Positions 11,301 to 22,085 of a stretch of DNA of 64,000 nucleotides are shown here, one piece after another. The stretch lies in NCBI RefSeq assembly GCF_964204645.1, contig NC_134026.1, forward strand, positions 20,494,150 to 20,558,149, given 5' to 3'. The translations under genes were made by a program, and so were the position numbers. Within the stretch, counting starts at the first letter, position 1. The number at the start of each line of letters is the position of its first letter. Source of the stretch: Tubulanus polymorphus. Taxonomy: Eukaryota > Animalia > Nemertea. The notes under the pieces are model-generated. The model saw only the letters and a list, made by a program, of their open reading frames with translations, ran no database searches and was not told where the DNA came from.

Positions 11301-14300
11301 TCAACCTGACTTGAGAGCATTCCGGGTGGCCTAGCTCACTAATTTTTGGTTGGTAGTACATACCTGATAAAGGTCTTAATAGGACCAGAAAGGACAGGCA
11401 GTCAACCTAAATCATCGTTTTTTAATCCACTTGAAACTGTATTGAAGAATATCCAAAAAGTCTTCACTGAAAGGGGTTAAATGAAGAGAAGTGACTCCAT
11501 GATTTGAAAGTTTAACAATATGTTTCCATATTGTTAAACTTTCAAATCATGGAGTCTATTTTCTTCAGTTAACCCCTTTCAGTGAAGACTTTTTAGATAT
11601 CCTTCAATACAGTTTCAAATGGATTAGAAAATGATGATTTAGGTTGACTGCCTGTCCTTTCTGGTCCTATTAAGACCTTTATCAGGTATGTACTACCAAA
11701 AATGATCGAGCAAGGCCACCCGGACTGCTCTCAAGTCAGGTTGAAATAGACATTAGAATGTATCAAGGTCAATTTGTATTGTCATCGATGGGCATTTCAC
11801 ACTCGATTGCAATGTGCCTTATAGAATTATGAAAAGTTCGTGGGTGATTTTGGTTTGATTTATTCGGGAATCTAGAGAATCAAATCGATGTAAAATAGAA
11901 CTAGCCTAAGTTATATATAAGCATCGAGGGTTCAAATAATTCATGAAATATTGTTTAAAAAAATCTCCGGAGATTTTACATATGCAATGGTTCCAAGTCA
12001 ATATTCTCAGTCGCAAAGTCCTGTCTCAATTAAGTTGTCAGTTTGAATGAAGTAGGAAAATAAAATGGGAGGATGATATCATTTTTGAAATAGAATCAAA
12101 GGTTCCGATAGTTCGATGGAATGCCTTTTACTTGATATTTGATACGATATGATATGGTTTATTTTCACATAGTTACCTAATACATACTTTATACTATACT
12201 ACTGGGCCTGGTTATATCAAATGTCTCAACTGAGGAACCACCACCATCAAGCACATATTCCAACCCACAACTTCATTTTCGAATTTCTGATCAACGAAAT
12301 GAAAAATACTCACTTGTAGGCAGGCGATGCGAACGGTAGAATATTCGGCAACGGTTCCAGGCAGTCGACCGAAAATGCGTTCATATTATAATCCACCACC
12401 GGTCGCGGATATTCCTGTGTTGTCGATTTGAAAGGGCTCGTAGCACGGATGATTTCAGGATAGTTGGGATTATTCGGTACGTAATTCTCCATCCTGAAAA
12501 ACGAGAGAACGGTTTGTTTTTGATGTTATGCGAAGCCGGAAAATGTATGCCGATAAATAAAACATCCGAGACGCAACTCCTCTAATCATGGCCGAAGCCA
12601 AAAAAGCTACGATGTACGATGCTTTCAATTACCCCGCGCGAAATTATGAACCATTTTTCGTCGTTTAAAGGGAGATGAAATGCTATGATTCTAGTTAGTT
12701 TTTCTCCCACTAGTTCGAAAATCTCCATGATTTTTCTAGGAGGTCTAAACTAAAAGTGCTGATTTTTAGTTTTAGTTTGGTTCGATTTATTCGTCATATC
12801 AGAAATACATAAAGCGATACATATAAAAAATTCATAAATCTTTTTGAATGTATTTGGATCATTAAATTAACCCATATTACGTTGAAAATAATTGATTATA
12901 AGTTAAACGCTGATAATATGTTGGTGAACTTTTGATATATGAATGTTTATTTATATACGCAGTTTGAACAGACGTCAATTTAGCTTATTCTGATAGTTGC
13001 CCCTTCAAATGAAAATACTTTCTGTTAGCAGAAAAGGAATTATCTTTGAATTTGTCTCAGAATGCGCGATAAGTATACAAATAGTTTTCAAAAAAGTTGA
13101 AATCCAAATAGGTTTAAATCCAAATTAGGCACCAGTACATAAATACGCTCAGTGTTGATAGTTAGAACGTTTATTGTTCGACAGTTTCGGAGTTTGTCTT
13201 AACTCCGGATTAGCTTTTAGAGTTAACCCAATACTGAGATGAATATCAGCCTCTACGAGTCATATAAATACGTCCAAGCAATAGTCATTATTAGAATTGG
13301 TAGCGACATCAGGTTAAAAAACGATACTCTCTTAAAACTGATTCAAACAAACCGCTATTCACATTCTTTTTAAAAGACGCTATTCGCGTGATTTCGAGTA
13401 CATTAACAATAATGAAAGCTTGAAAACCTTATCAATTCATTAATTTCGTAATTGCGCTAGAATGACTTCTGAGATGAGAAAGCATGTGTGTCCATCTGCG
13501 ATACCGTTTCATCGGACGTTGTTCGGAGCAAGAGACTTTCAGACGTTGACATTATAGAACCAGTTGCAATGAGATAGAAAGCCCGATAAGACGGAACGGT
13601 CGTTTTTGAAATGACTGTCGACGTTGCGTCCGCGCATAAGCCTCATTACCCGAACCAAAAGCGTGATCAAAGGATAGAAAATATTAAGAATATGGTGACA
13701 TCGTGAGTCGGTACCTGAAACAAATAACCCTATACTCTCGCGCGTGAGAAGCAATTTTTCTTCCGTGGATTTAATCGGTAACAAATTAGTTCTAAGCCCG
13801 TATCGACTTATAGTTAGGGCATTTCGAATGGATTCCAGGTTTTTCCGGCGATACAAATCTGACCCTGTTAATATGACGATGATAAGATATACAGATTTAA
13901 AAGTTTTAGAATCTAAAGATATTTATTCAATCGAAAAATAATATGACATGACGTTTCAAACTCTCACTGGAGATCATCATCAGGTCGACCTGATGATTGG
14001 TGGGGATTTTATCTATAATCATCGGTTCTCCACGATTGAGTGTGGTTATTCTACCATCATAACGATGAATTTTCGATTGTTCCTATATCATGAAATCTGG
14101 CTGTAAACAAGCCTCAATATTGAATGTATATTATCGTAGACTTCAGAAAAACATTGAAATCCTAAGCCGTTTTCTATATATTGGTTTACGCATCTGGAGG
14201 GCCAGATTCTTAGTTTTTCAACGATCAACTCTTGGTTACAGAAGCAAGCAGCTAGCCTGAGATTCCAATGACAAAAAATGATGATATGATATATTTTTTA

Positions 14301-14409
14301 CTCACATGCAATTTCTCCAGTTTTCCTCGTCCTCCTCGGCGGCTTCGGTTAGAAAGCTATCTTTTGATACGGTTTCATCGAGAAGTGCGTTGTCAAAGTC
14401 CGGCTTCAT
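8316..14409 (-). CDS. gl: Glass, five-C2H2 zinc-finger photoreceptor transcription factor
   Basis: Exons 14409-14306 ([10 protein letters not shown]...NWRNC), 12493-12314 (MENYVPNNP...SPAY) and 9396-8316 join in phase 2/2. The last exon has [16 protein letters not shown] and five fingers starting [29 protein letters not shown] and ending [21 protein letters not shown], the glass signature. The first exon is less certain than the other two. Confidence 0.95.
9776..9948. mobile_element. Tc1/mariner (pogo/Tigger-type) MITE in glass intron 2
   Basis: TA|CAGTAGAC ... GTCTACTG|TA: terminal inverted repeats with TA duplication; subterminal AGTCGG/CCGACT. Confidence 0.75.
11289..11756. repeat. Near-perfect 468-bp palindrome (foldback element) in glass intron 2
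   Basis: Left arm CTAATGTCTATTTCAACCTGAC...AAAGTTTAACAATATG, 4-nt loop TTTC (11523-11526), right arm CATATTGTTAAACTTT...GTCAGGTTGAAATAGACATTAG; only scattered mismatches. Confidence 0.95.
13945..13987 (-). ncRNA. Minimal type I hammerhead ribozyme motif (Penelope-like), sense to glass, in intron 1
   Basis: Minus strand: CUGAUGA-U-GAUCUCC-AGUG-AGAGUUU-GAAA-CG-UC; core intact, palindromic ACGU at helix III; stems I and II imperfect. Confidence 0.65.
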
Positions 14410-14554
14410 GTCTTTAATATTTCCGAAAGAAGACCTAAATCCTGTCATCATTTGAAAACTTAGGAAATGTCAGAAATGAGGGGACTGCAAAGTTTCTTAA
14501 GAGGCTTCCCTGACGACGGTTACAGCCGGCTCCGCGCATAAACGAAAGCCGCTG

Positions 14555-14590
14555 ATTGGCTGAATTCGGTAGAGCGACGGCGTTGATTGG
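14555..14590 (-). promoter_or_regulatory. Tandem CCAAT boxes in the glass proximal promoter
   Basis: CCAATCA twice on minus (ATTGG at 14555-14559 and 14586-14590), 31 bp apart, about 150-180 nt upstream of the ATG at 14409. Confidence 0.55.
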
Positions 14591-14998
14591 TTCAGCACAT
14601 CGCATTATCATATAATGAAGTCTGTTTCTATAATTACCGGGTATCAATCAAGAAATACTTCCGTAAGGAATTAGAAACTTAAGGGAAGATTTCCAGCATG
14701 TAACTTTGTCATGTGTTTATTCAAATAGGACACCGGCAAAATATAAGCATATATATTACTAAACCTAGCCAATATGATGTACAATTTGACGAAAAGTATT
14801 TCACACAGTATAATACTGCGAAACGTAATTTTATGGTAAAATGATTCGTTGTATACGGTGGTTGCTTAGTGAATATCAGTTAGGCCTTTGCTGGTATTCC
14901 TCATATGGTGTCAAGCGGATATGTTTACAATTAAAGACCACAAATCTAACCCTCAAATCTAAGCCAGGGAATTTTCCATAAAAATAGGGCTGTCGTCT

Positions 14999-15019
14999 GT
15001 CTCTGTGGCGCAATCGGCC

Positions 15020-15065
<46 letters not shown>

Positions 15066-15072
15066 AGGGACG
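14999..15072 (+). tRNA. tRNA-Asn (GTT)
   Basis: GTCTCTGTGGCGCAATCGGCCAGCGCGTTCGGCTGTTAACCGAAAGGTTGGTGGTTCAAGCCCACCCAGGGACG; cloverleaf with anticodon GTT; TTTT at 15077-15080. Confidence 0.97.
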
Positions 15073-15306
15073 TGACTTTTGTTCACATTTCCCTTTAGGA
15101 AAACAAATTAATTTCTCTAAATTACTTTTTCGGTTATTCTGTCCTCTTCGCTTGTACATATACGTATATTTCGATATTTCTTAACGGCAACTACGACATC
15201 TTTATTGGTTGGCAACCAGACATTTCTTTTACTAATCCTTGCCGGGAAACATGAAAATATTCATCGGCCATGCATAAAACGTGGGCTTTGTTTTTCACTG
15301 GCACGT

Positions 15307-15659
15307 GTGTTTTCGTAAGTCCGCAGTTCGTAAAAAACATCCGAGCTAATCAGAACGGCCACCCGTTACTGATCAATTAGATCGGTTTTACGGGGAATGG
15401 TCCAGTTGCCTCGACTGCTGCCCACGATCGCCCTAGGGTTGCGCGACCGGTTTCTCGAAATCACCGCACACGGTTGGCACACCGCTGCAAATCTCAGCGG
15501 GAGTCGACCCCTCTGGTAGCGACTGGTGACCGTGTGGCAGCCTTCGTCACGGTATTTCATGTCGCATGGTTGAACACGGCCGGCGTATCCGCGTATGGTG
15601 GCGCGTGGCGCTACACAAACACTCCCAAGTGGCTAATAGTATCAGAAGAAAACATTTTT
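15307..15659 (+). ncRNA. Candidate structured non-coding RNA of about 350 nt, family unassigned
   Basis: About ten hand-found helices, G-U pairs mostly favouring the plus strand, terminal stem GTGTTTTC/GAAAACAT followed by TTTTT. Confidence 0.4.
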
Positions 15660-18260
15660 CACGGGTTCTTTAGTAGTAATAACAAAGCAGAAGCGGCAAC
15701 TTCATCTAATGGGATTTCTATTGTCGCGCATCCTCCGTTCTATTCAAGGCTCGTTAAAATCTCGGTATGCTTACCGGCTTTGGTTTAGTTGGCGTACAAT
15801 ACGAGTTATTATGCCCCACTCGGAGGCTTTGTGCGTGCGTGGAAAAAGTCGATACGTCGGAAAGAAAAACCAAAGAACAAAACGAGACAGACACAATAAT
15901 AACGGAAAATCATTCAAATTGTTAACTATTTAGTGGGGAATGACGGAGAATGTCATCTGGTCATGGCGTTTTCGCGATCTCCGAAATGATTGACCGATAA
16001 TGATCATTCGCTTTAAAGGTATATCATGAGAATTGATGAATATTGACCAACAATTGCGTGAGAATATTCTCGAATGCGACATGAAATTAAGTCCGCTTAA
16101 AGGAAAACTGTATAGATCTCGTCAGAATAACCACTGAGAACTAAACTAAACTCTAGCTAATAGACTAATGCGTCCATGGAATTAAACCCAACGAAATACA
16201 ATGAAATCTAAAAGAGGTTATCAAACATGTAGCAAAAAAAACTGAATGCCCGGGTTCATGAAAGAACTTATATGTAAGATTCACTAATTAACAAAGCAAT
16301 CTCTGAAAGGACTTTGGGCGGTATAGAAATTTTGCTTTTCAATTCGAATTCAATTCCTTTTGAATTTGGAATATTATTTGCATCGACTGTCGCCGAGCGT
16401 TGGCGATGTCAATCAGCGATTTCTCACATGACGTTGGTTAATTCTAATTTTGAATGAATAGTCGCCAGAATAATGTTTTTTTTTTAAATTCATCCTCTTT
16501 TTCGAATTGGATTTGTTGATAGCGTTGATAACGTTAACGTTTCATAAATTATTGGTAAAGTGATTATTCGATTTTGAGTGTTATATTTCTTTTCTTCTTC
16601 CATCTCAATATAGGCCCATATATTCTCTTCCCGCGCGCAACTTCGAATGCGTGATCAAAATGCCGCTCAGTCTCGCTCCTAAAACTGGTCAGAAAAATCC
16701 CTTTAACCCCAACATCTCTAATGTCTTCGATCTATTATATTGCATAAACGACGTGATCTTAAAACCTGATACTCGTACCAACAATTAAAACCGTTTTCCG
16801 TAGAGAGAAGTGTAGTAGAAATGAAAAAAATAACACCCATATCTGAAATACACGCAAAGCAAACAGCGCCGAATCTCGGAATGACAATACACGCGCTGCA
16901 GTTAAAGTGCCATAGGAAAAAAAACTAGGCAAGATATCTTAAAATTTAAAAGTTCACCTGAAAGGGGGCGTGTATGGGCACACTTCTCAAAATGTTTGGA
17001 TTTATTTCTGAAAATAACGAACTTCAAATTTCAGTACCCTGGATTTCTATGCGCACGGCAAAAACTGACCACCGATTTTTATATCGCTCCCATGTCGCAT
17101 TGTTGCAAATTTGAGAAATGATTTTTACATAACTCAAAACTAGAGATTCACACGGTTTGAATGTTGCTTAAACTGTCAAAATCCATCCATGGACAGATGA
17201 AATATGATACAACACACATCACGGATAGTTATTTAAAAAGAGAAAAAAATGACCCAACAATTCGGGACAAAAGTACCCTAACAGAATGGCGGCTAGCAAC
17301 TGTAAAATGGTTTATTAACAAGGGATTATAATTAACAGAACATGATTTTGATGACAATCTATGAGTGTATATGTTGTGTCATTGAGGGTTGATTGGGGTT
17401 TAAGCGTGTTTGAGTTTTTATATTTCTCTTTTTCTTCTACACTTTTTTTCCTTTTTCAGGGGCTTGTTTCATACAAACAATTTCTTAATTTCTACAGCCC
17501 CAGTCTAATTTACTGCATTTTGTATTTTGTACATAAGTTGTTGTATTTCACTGTTTTGGACTCGCGGCACAAGTTCGAAGTTTCTTACCAGACCGTAAAA
17601 CGAAACAATAAAAAATGAATGTTTAAATTTGTATCAACCAGTAAAAACACACATCATGCACATGTTATAAGTGAAGCCAATATGATATATATTTTCAGTT
17701 GAAACTGCGCCTATTAAAAGTTACATTTGGTACAGAATATTAAAGTTTCACTTACAGTTTTCTTTATTGCTCCACAAATAATTACATCGCGCGCTACACG
17801 AAAACACAAAGATTACATAGATTACAATAAAGCGGAATGGTAGTATCAAAATTCGATATCTAATGGGATACACGAAATTACAGCATAAAATAACAACAGC
17901 CATTGATGGTATGATAAGAAAATAAATTGGTACTTTTTGGTGAATACCGCTCCATTTAGCGAGGTCTTACCTCTCGATCAGAAAAGGTTGTGTAGGCCAA
18001 TTCTGTTATCATTATAGGGCACTTGAACATTAGGACATAATATCGCGTTGGTGAAAGTAAATATCCAATTTCGTATTTCCATATATTCCCTATATGTTGC
18101 TGAATAGGGGCCTACGCTGCCGATTGGTAAATACCTGTTAGAGCTTCATCGATATTTCTGCATATCGCATTAAGAGTCATTTTCACCAAATCCTAAAATC
18201 TATCTAAGAAATCGAATCAAATTTTCAACGAAAAAAGCGAAAAATTATGCACATTTGTCC

Positions 18261-18281
18261 GTCTCTGTGGCGCAATCGGTC

Positions 18282-18327
<46 letters not shown>

Positions 18328-18334
18328 AGGGACG
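18261..18334 (+). tRNA. tRNA-Asn (GTT)
   Basis: Identical to the 14999 copy except one D-loop base (CGGTCAGC vs CGGCCAGC); TTTT shortly downstream. Confidence 0.97.
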
Positions 18335-18519
18335 TTCCATTTTCATTAAATAATAATGTTTTTCGTATGCAGTTTTACCGAAAGTCCTGGTGAAAGTCTT
18401 TGGGCCGATTTTTGTCCAGTTTTACCTCTATTTCTCGGTTTATCTTTATTGTCGAACAACTTTGGATTCATTCCCATTTACTTTTATCAACCCAGGCCCC
18501 GCAGCTTTTTGGGTGACCC

Positions 18520-18805
18520 ACGAAATAGTAGAATAGCGACACTGGGACGTGGAGAACATGTGATAAGTTTAAAACCCAATTTATATAAAATATGAAAGAT
18601 TAAAAACGAATTTTATTTATCAAGAATTTCAGATCAAAATACATAACGTTTCCAACTCTCACTGGAGATCATCGTCAGGTGTAAAACAGCTACCGACGAT
18701 GATCTCTATTGAGAGTTCGAAACGTCGTGTATTTCTATTTTCTAATTCTTAATGAATAAGATTCGATTTTAAGCTTTCAAATTCAGTAGATAGTGGTTTT
18801 ACCCT
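18520..18805. mobile_element. Palindromic repeat carrying two divergent hammerhead motifs (Penelope-like/retrozyme-like)
   Basis: Minus motif 18683-18640: UACAC-CUGACGA-U-GAUCUCC-AGUG-AGAGUUG-GAAA-CG-UU-AUGUA. Plus motif 18693-18731: CCGACGA-U-GAUCUCU-AUUG-AGAGUUC-GAAA-CG-UC-GUGUA. The AT-rich flanks are inverted copies of each other. Confidence 0.7.
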
Positions 18806-19604
18806 TTTGACCCATGAAATAATTTACATTTCTCAGAATCGGTACTAAACGCGGCCGATCTTCAATTGATTATCCGACGAACTGAATACCGAGCCGGATT
18901 AAACAGAATCGCGTCGGGCGGGGATCGATTAAAATCGCACGCGATTAAAAATGCGGTCGCAGTGTGAAACCGTGAAAACGGTGTTTTAAAACGGGCAGGT
19001 GATATCTCGGTCCGACCGCGTCACAAAAGCGCGATACGCGCGTGCGCGAGGCGATACGACGCGCGAGGATACTCGAAACTTGTAGTTGAAATTTCACAAT
19101 GAAATGACGACGGGGCGCTAACTTTGACACCGGACAGGTGATGAAAAGACCAATGATAGTAATTTTTGCCACGATTTTCTTCGATTTGACAATCTCGTAA
19201 TTGAAGTGTCGAAGAGACGATTACACAATACTCGTCATTCGACATTTTTAAACCGCTGTTTTATCCTCCGCCGGGCCAAAGCGTTGAATTGCGAAATATC
19301 TTCAGATCGCTAAACCTGCTTTTGAATGGCAACCTATATTTCGACCCTGACAGAGGCTGTGAAAGGCTGTCAATTCAATCACAGAAAAGATATCCGTTAA
19401 ATAGAATTATTGGCTTCAATGAAATCTGGAATTTTCATTCTTGTACGATTCATTCTCTTTTCTCATTGATTTGCTAAAGCCGCAAATAATGACCAAAACA
19501 TGAATTTTCAAACATTTAGAGCTTAAGACACTTATCATTTGACCGATAAGCAAAAATATCAATAATGCACTGAATTATATGCACAGTTTTATTTTTGCAC
19601 ATAA

Positions 19605-19790
19605 AATCTAAACCAACTATCTAAAGAATTAAAGAGATTAAAAACTAATTTTATTTATCAAGAATTAAAATCAAAATACACGACGTTTCAAACTCTCATT
19701 AGATTTTTTTTTAAATCTTTTAAATTCTGAATATAGCTGGTTTTAAACTTATTACCTGTTCCCCACGTCAGGGTGTGACTATTTTTCCAT
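19605..19790. mobile_element. Internally deleted copy of the hammerhead palindrome family
   Basis: Left arm matches 18590-18660 including TACACGACGTTTCAAACTCTC; right end GGTTTTAAACTTATTACCTGTTCCCCACGTCAGGGTGTGACTATT is the reverse complement of the 18532-18577 left end. Confidence 0.7.
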
Positions 19791-20873
19791 AGTAATAATA
19801 TAATTTTAGATATATCTACAACTCAACGATGAATGATATAAGTATTTTTAAACGCGTAGTCAAATTAATCTTGTTATTGTAGTAATTCATACATTTTCAA
19901 TCTCGTTATTTTCTAAATATCTAAAAGCTGTTTCTTTACAATGTGGTCAGCGATGTGACATAATTGCGGGCTCGATCAATCCCGTCGCGTGACGTCACTA
20001 CTCCCGTTGTGCCGGACCGAAACGAGCCGTAACCTATTGAAAAAAACCACGCACGAAATCTCCGTTATTTTTTTCCAAAATTGAATTCTAAATAGCAATT
20101 GATATTTTAGCCGGTGTCTCAATCGTATCTCGGTGAGATTTCACAATCCCGTCGCGGATCGCGCCTCGAGGCCAGCGTTTCAGTGCGCGCACCTGCAAAT
20201 CTTACGCGTGGAAAACAATAGACAAGTACAAAGGGAAGTCCTTTTTGTTGAAATTTTCGTCGACACGAAGACAGGCTACGCAGCACGATGATTAGCGCCG
20301 AATAATTAACTATTTCGTACAATTGATAATTACTAGCAAAACAGATGGAGTGAAGTTAAACAGTGGACTCCGCCCCTGCAATTATAGAAGACCCTAAAGC
20401 TATAAACTGCGAACAGTTCTCTCGGCGGCGATTAGTCAGGCGAAGAAAGGCTCTTATTGAAAAATCTAAAAATCTTTTGATTTCATGGTTTTCCTTCGGT
20501 TCGGCGAAATATGCTAGGAATCGATGCTTGACAGGTCACTGTGACGGGCGACGGGTGACGCGCGCAACACGCGCGTGTTTACAAAAAGATACACACCGTA
20601 TAGAAGATTTTGATCTTTTTCTCTGTAAAGAAATTGATTAATTTTTTGGTATCAGTTTTCGCCCGGCAAACGATACTTTCTCCTTTTTTGATGGACAAAC
20701 GATTCCCTTCAGGGGAGACGTTCGCGCGTGAATATGCGAGACCCAGTTGGACTTGGACTAATCGTTGTTTTGTATTGTAATAACATTTACAAGTAAATAA
20801 CGAGAAGAGTAGTACCGTATAAGTTAACTGTTTATTTGACGTACGCTTTATTTAGTAATGTATTCATCACTCG

Positions 20874-20916
20874 TTCACCTGACGAAGCTTCTATACATAA
20901 GCAGCGAAAGCTCGTC
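20874..20916 (+). ncRNA. Minimal hammerhead ribozyme motif of a second family
   Basis: CUGACGA-A-GCUUCU-AUACAUA-AGCAGC-GAAA-GC-UC; intact core, 5 of 6 bp in stem II, palindromic AGCU at helix III; stem I only 2 bp. Confidence 0.55.
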
Positions 20917-20934
20917 CATGGTACTACTAGTCTC

Positions 20935-21815
20935 GAGGATTTCAGAGTGATTGATTTCGAACCTGCGATATCCGATTTCCATTGTTCCATTTCTGCAAAG
21001 ATACTAACCCCGCATTTAAACTCATTAACTGGAATAATCCAAGCCATAGTAATCCAAGCGACCTCCCACCGACACAAACAAAGTTTAAGTGGGATACCAA
21101 TAAAGCTAACCTCTACAAATCAGACTTAGAAAATGAGGGATTCGTAGGAATTTTAGATGATTTGGCCAGTGATCGTATAGGGCCCGCGGAAGCCAGTAAC
21201 TATATTTGCGAGAGGTTTAAGGCCGTAGCCGCCAAAGTAATGGGTATTAAACATAACGCTAGATATCGCTCGCAACACCGTCCGATTGTGACGCGTAAAC
21301 TTAGTAAAGCTATACCGGAAAGCCAAAAGAACCTTCTATAATAACAAAACTGTAATTAATAAAAATGAGACAAATAGAGCCTTTAGAGCATATAAGAGAT
21401 CGGTCAAATTCGACAAAAAGACTGAAACAAAGGCCCTCAACAATAAACTTAAATTGCTCAAAGGTGCCAACCCTAGAGAATTCTGGAAGGTCCTGAAGCA
21501 CCAAACACTGTTAAAGCTTCCCATGAAGATATATTCCGCCATTTTCAGGAGCTTAATAAAAAACCGATTTTCTTCGATGATAATGTGACAGAAGAACGCG
21601 GCACTGATCAAGTACCCTGGACAACGCAGCGCTAAGCTCCCCCTTACAACCCGATGAAATACACAAAGCAATCGGAAAGTTGAGAAATAACAAATCGACT
21701 GGCCTAAACGGAATAATAAATGAATTTTTGAAATATGCCGGAGCGGGCCTGGTCTCAGTCTTAACTTTACTGTTTAACAAAGTTATTGCAACGGGGATCG
21801 TCCCGGATGATTGGA
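20935..21815 (+). mobile_element. Decayed non-LTR retrotransposon (LINE, CR1-group/RTEX-like) ORF2 fragment
   Basis: End of APE endonuclease (AISDFHCSIS), FKWD, NPREFWK, and pre-RT block PDEIHKAIGKLRNNKSTGLNGIINEFLK...LFNKVIATGIVPDDW across frameshifts. Confidence 0.85.
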
Positions 21816-21970
21816 TTGGTTTGGTTATCTATTCTAAACCCGATTAACACGGCTACTCTACGAATATTAATGAAGTGACTAATGAATGTATAATAGAAAT
21901 AGCGTTCATAAAAAAACCATTATTTATGTGTGTTTAATATCGTGGTCTTGATCAATGTAACTATAGGCGC

Positions 21971-22085
21971 CTGGACCCAGTTCCACAGTTGTGAGTTAGA
22001 GTTAACTCTGAGTTAAAGTTAGTTTATTTTCAATGTTTTAACCCAGGGTCAAATCTTAACTCAGAACTGTGGAACTGGACCCTGG
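21971..22085. mobile_element. Small MITE
   Basis: CCAGTTCCACAGTTGTGAGTTA ... TAACTCAGAACTGTGGAACTGG inverted termini. Confidence 0.7.

Noticed and set aside
13650-13714. Possible extra glass exon (acceptor TTTGTTTCAG at 13715, donor GTAATG at 13649)
   Set aside because: 65 nt would shift the frame, and exons 1 and 2 already join in phase; no support without RNA data.
15431-15442. CCCTAGGGTT as a telomerase template within the candidate ncRNA
   Set aside because: Only about one repeat unit (AACCCTA on minus), shorter than the roughly 1.5 repeats a template needs, and on the less favoured strand.
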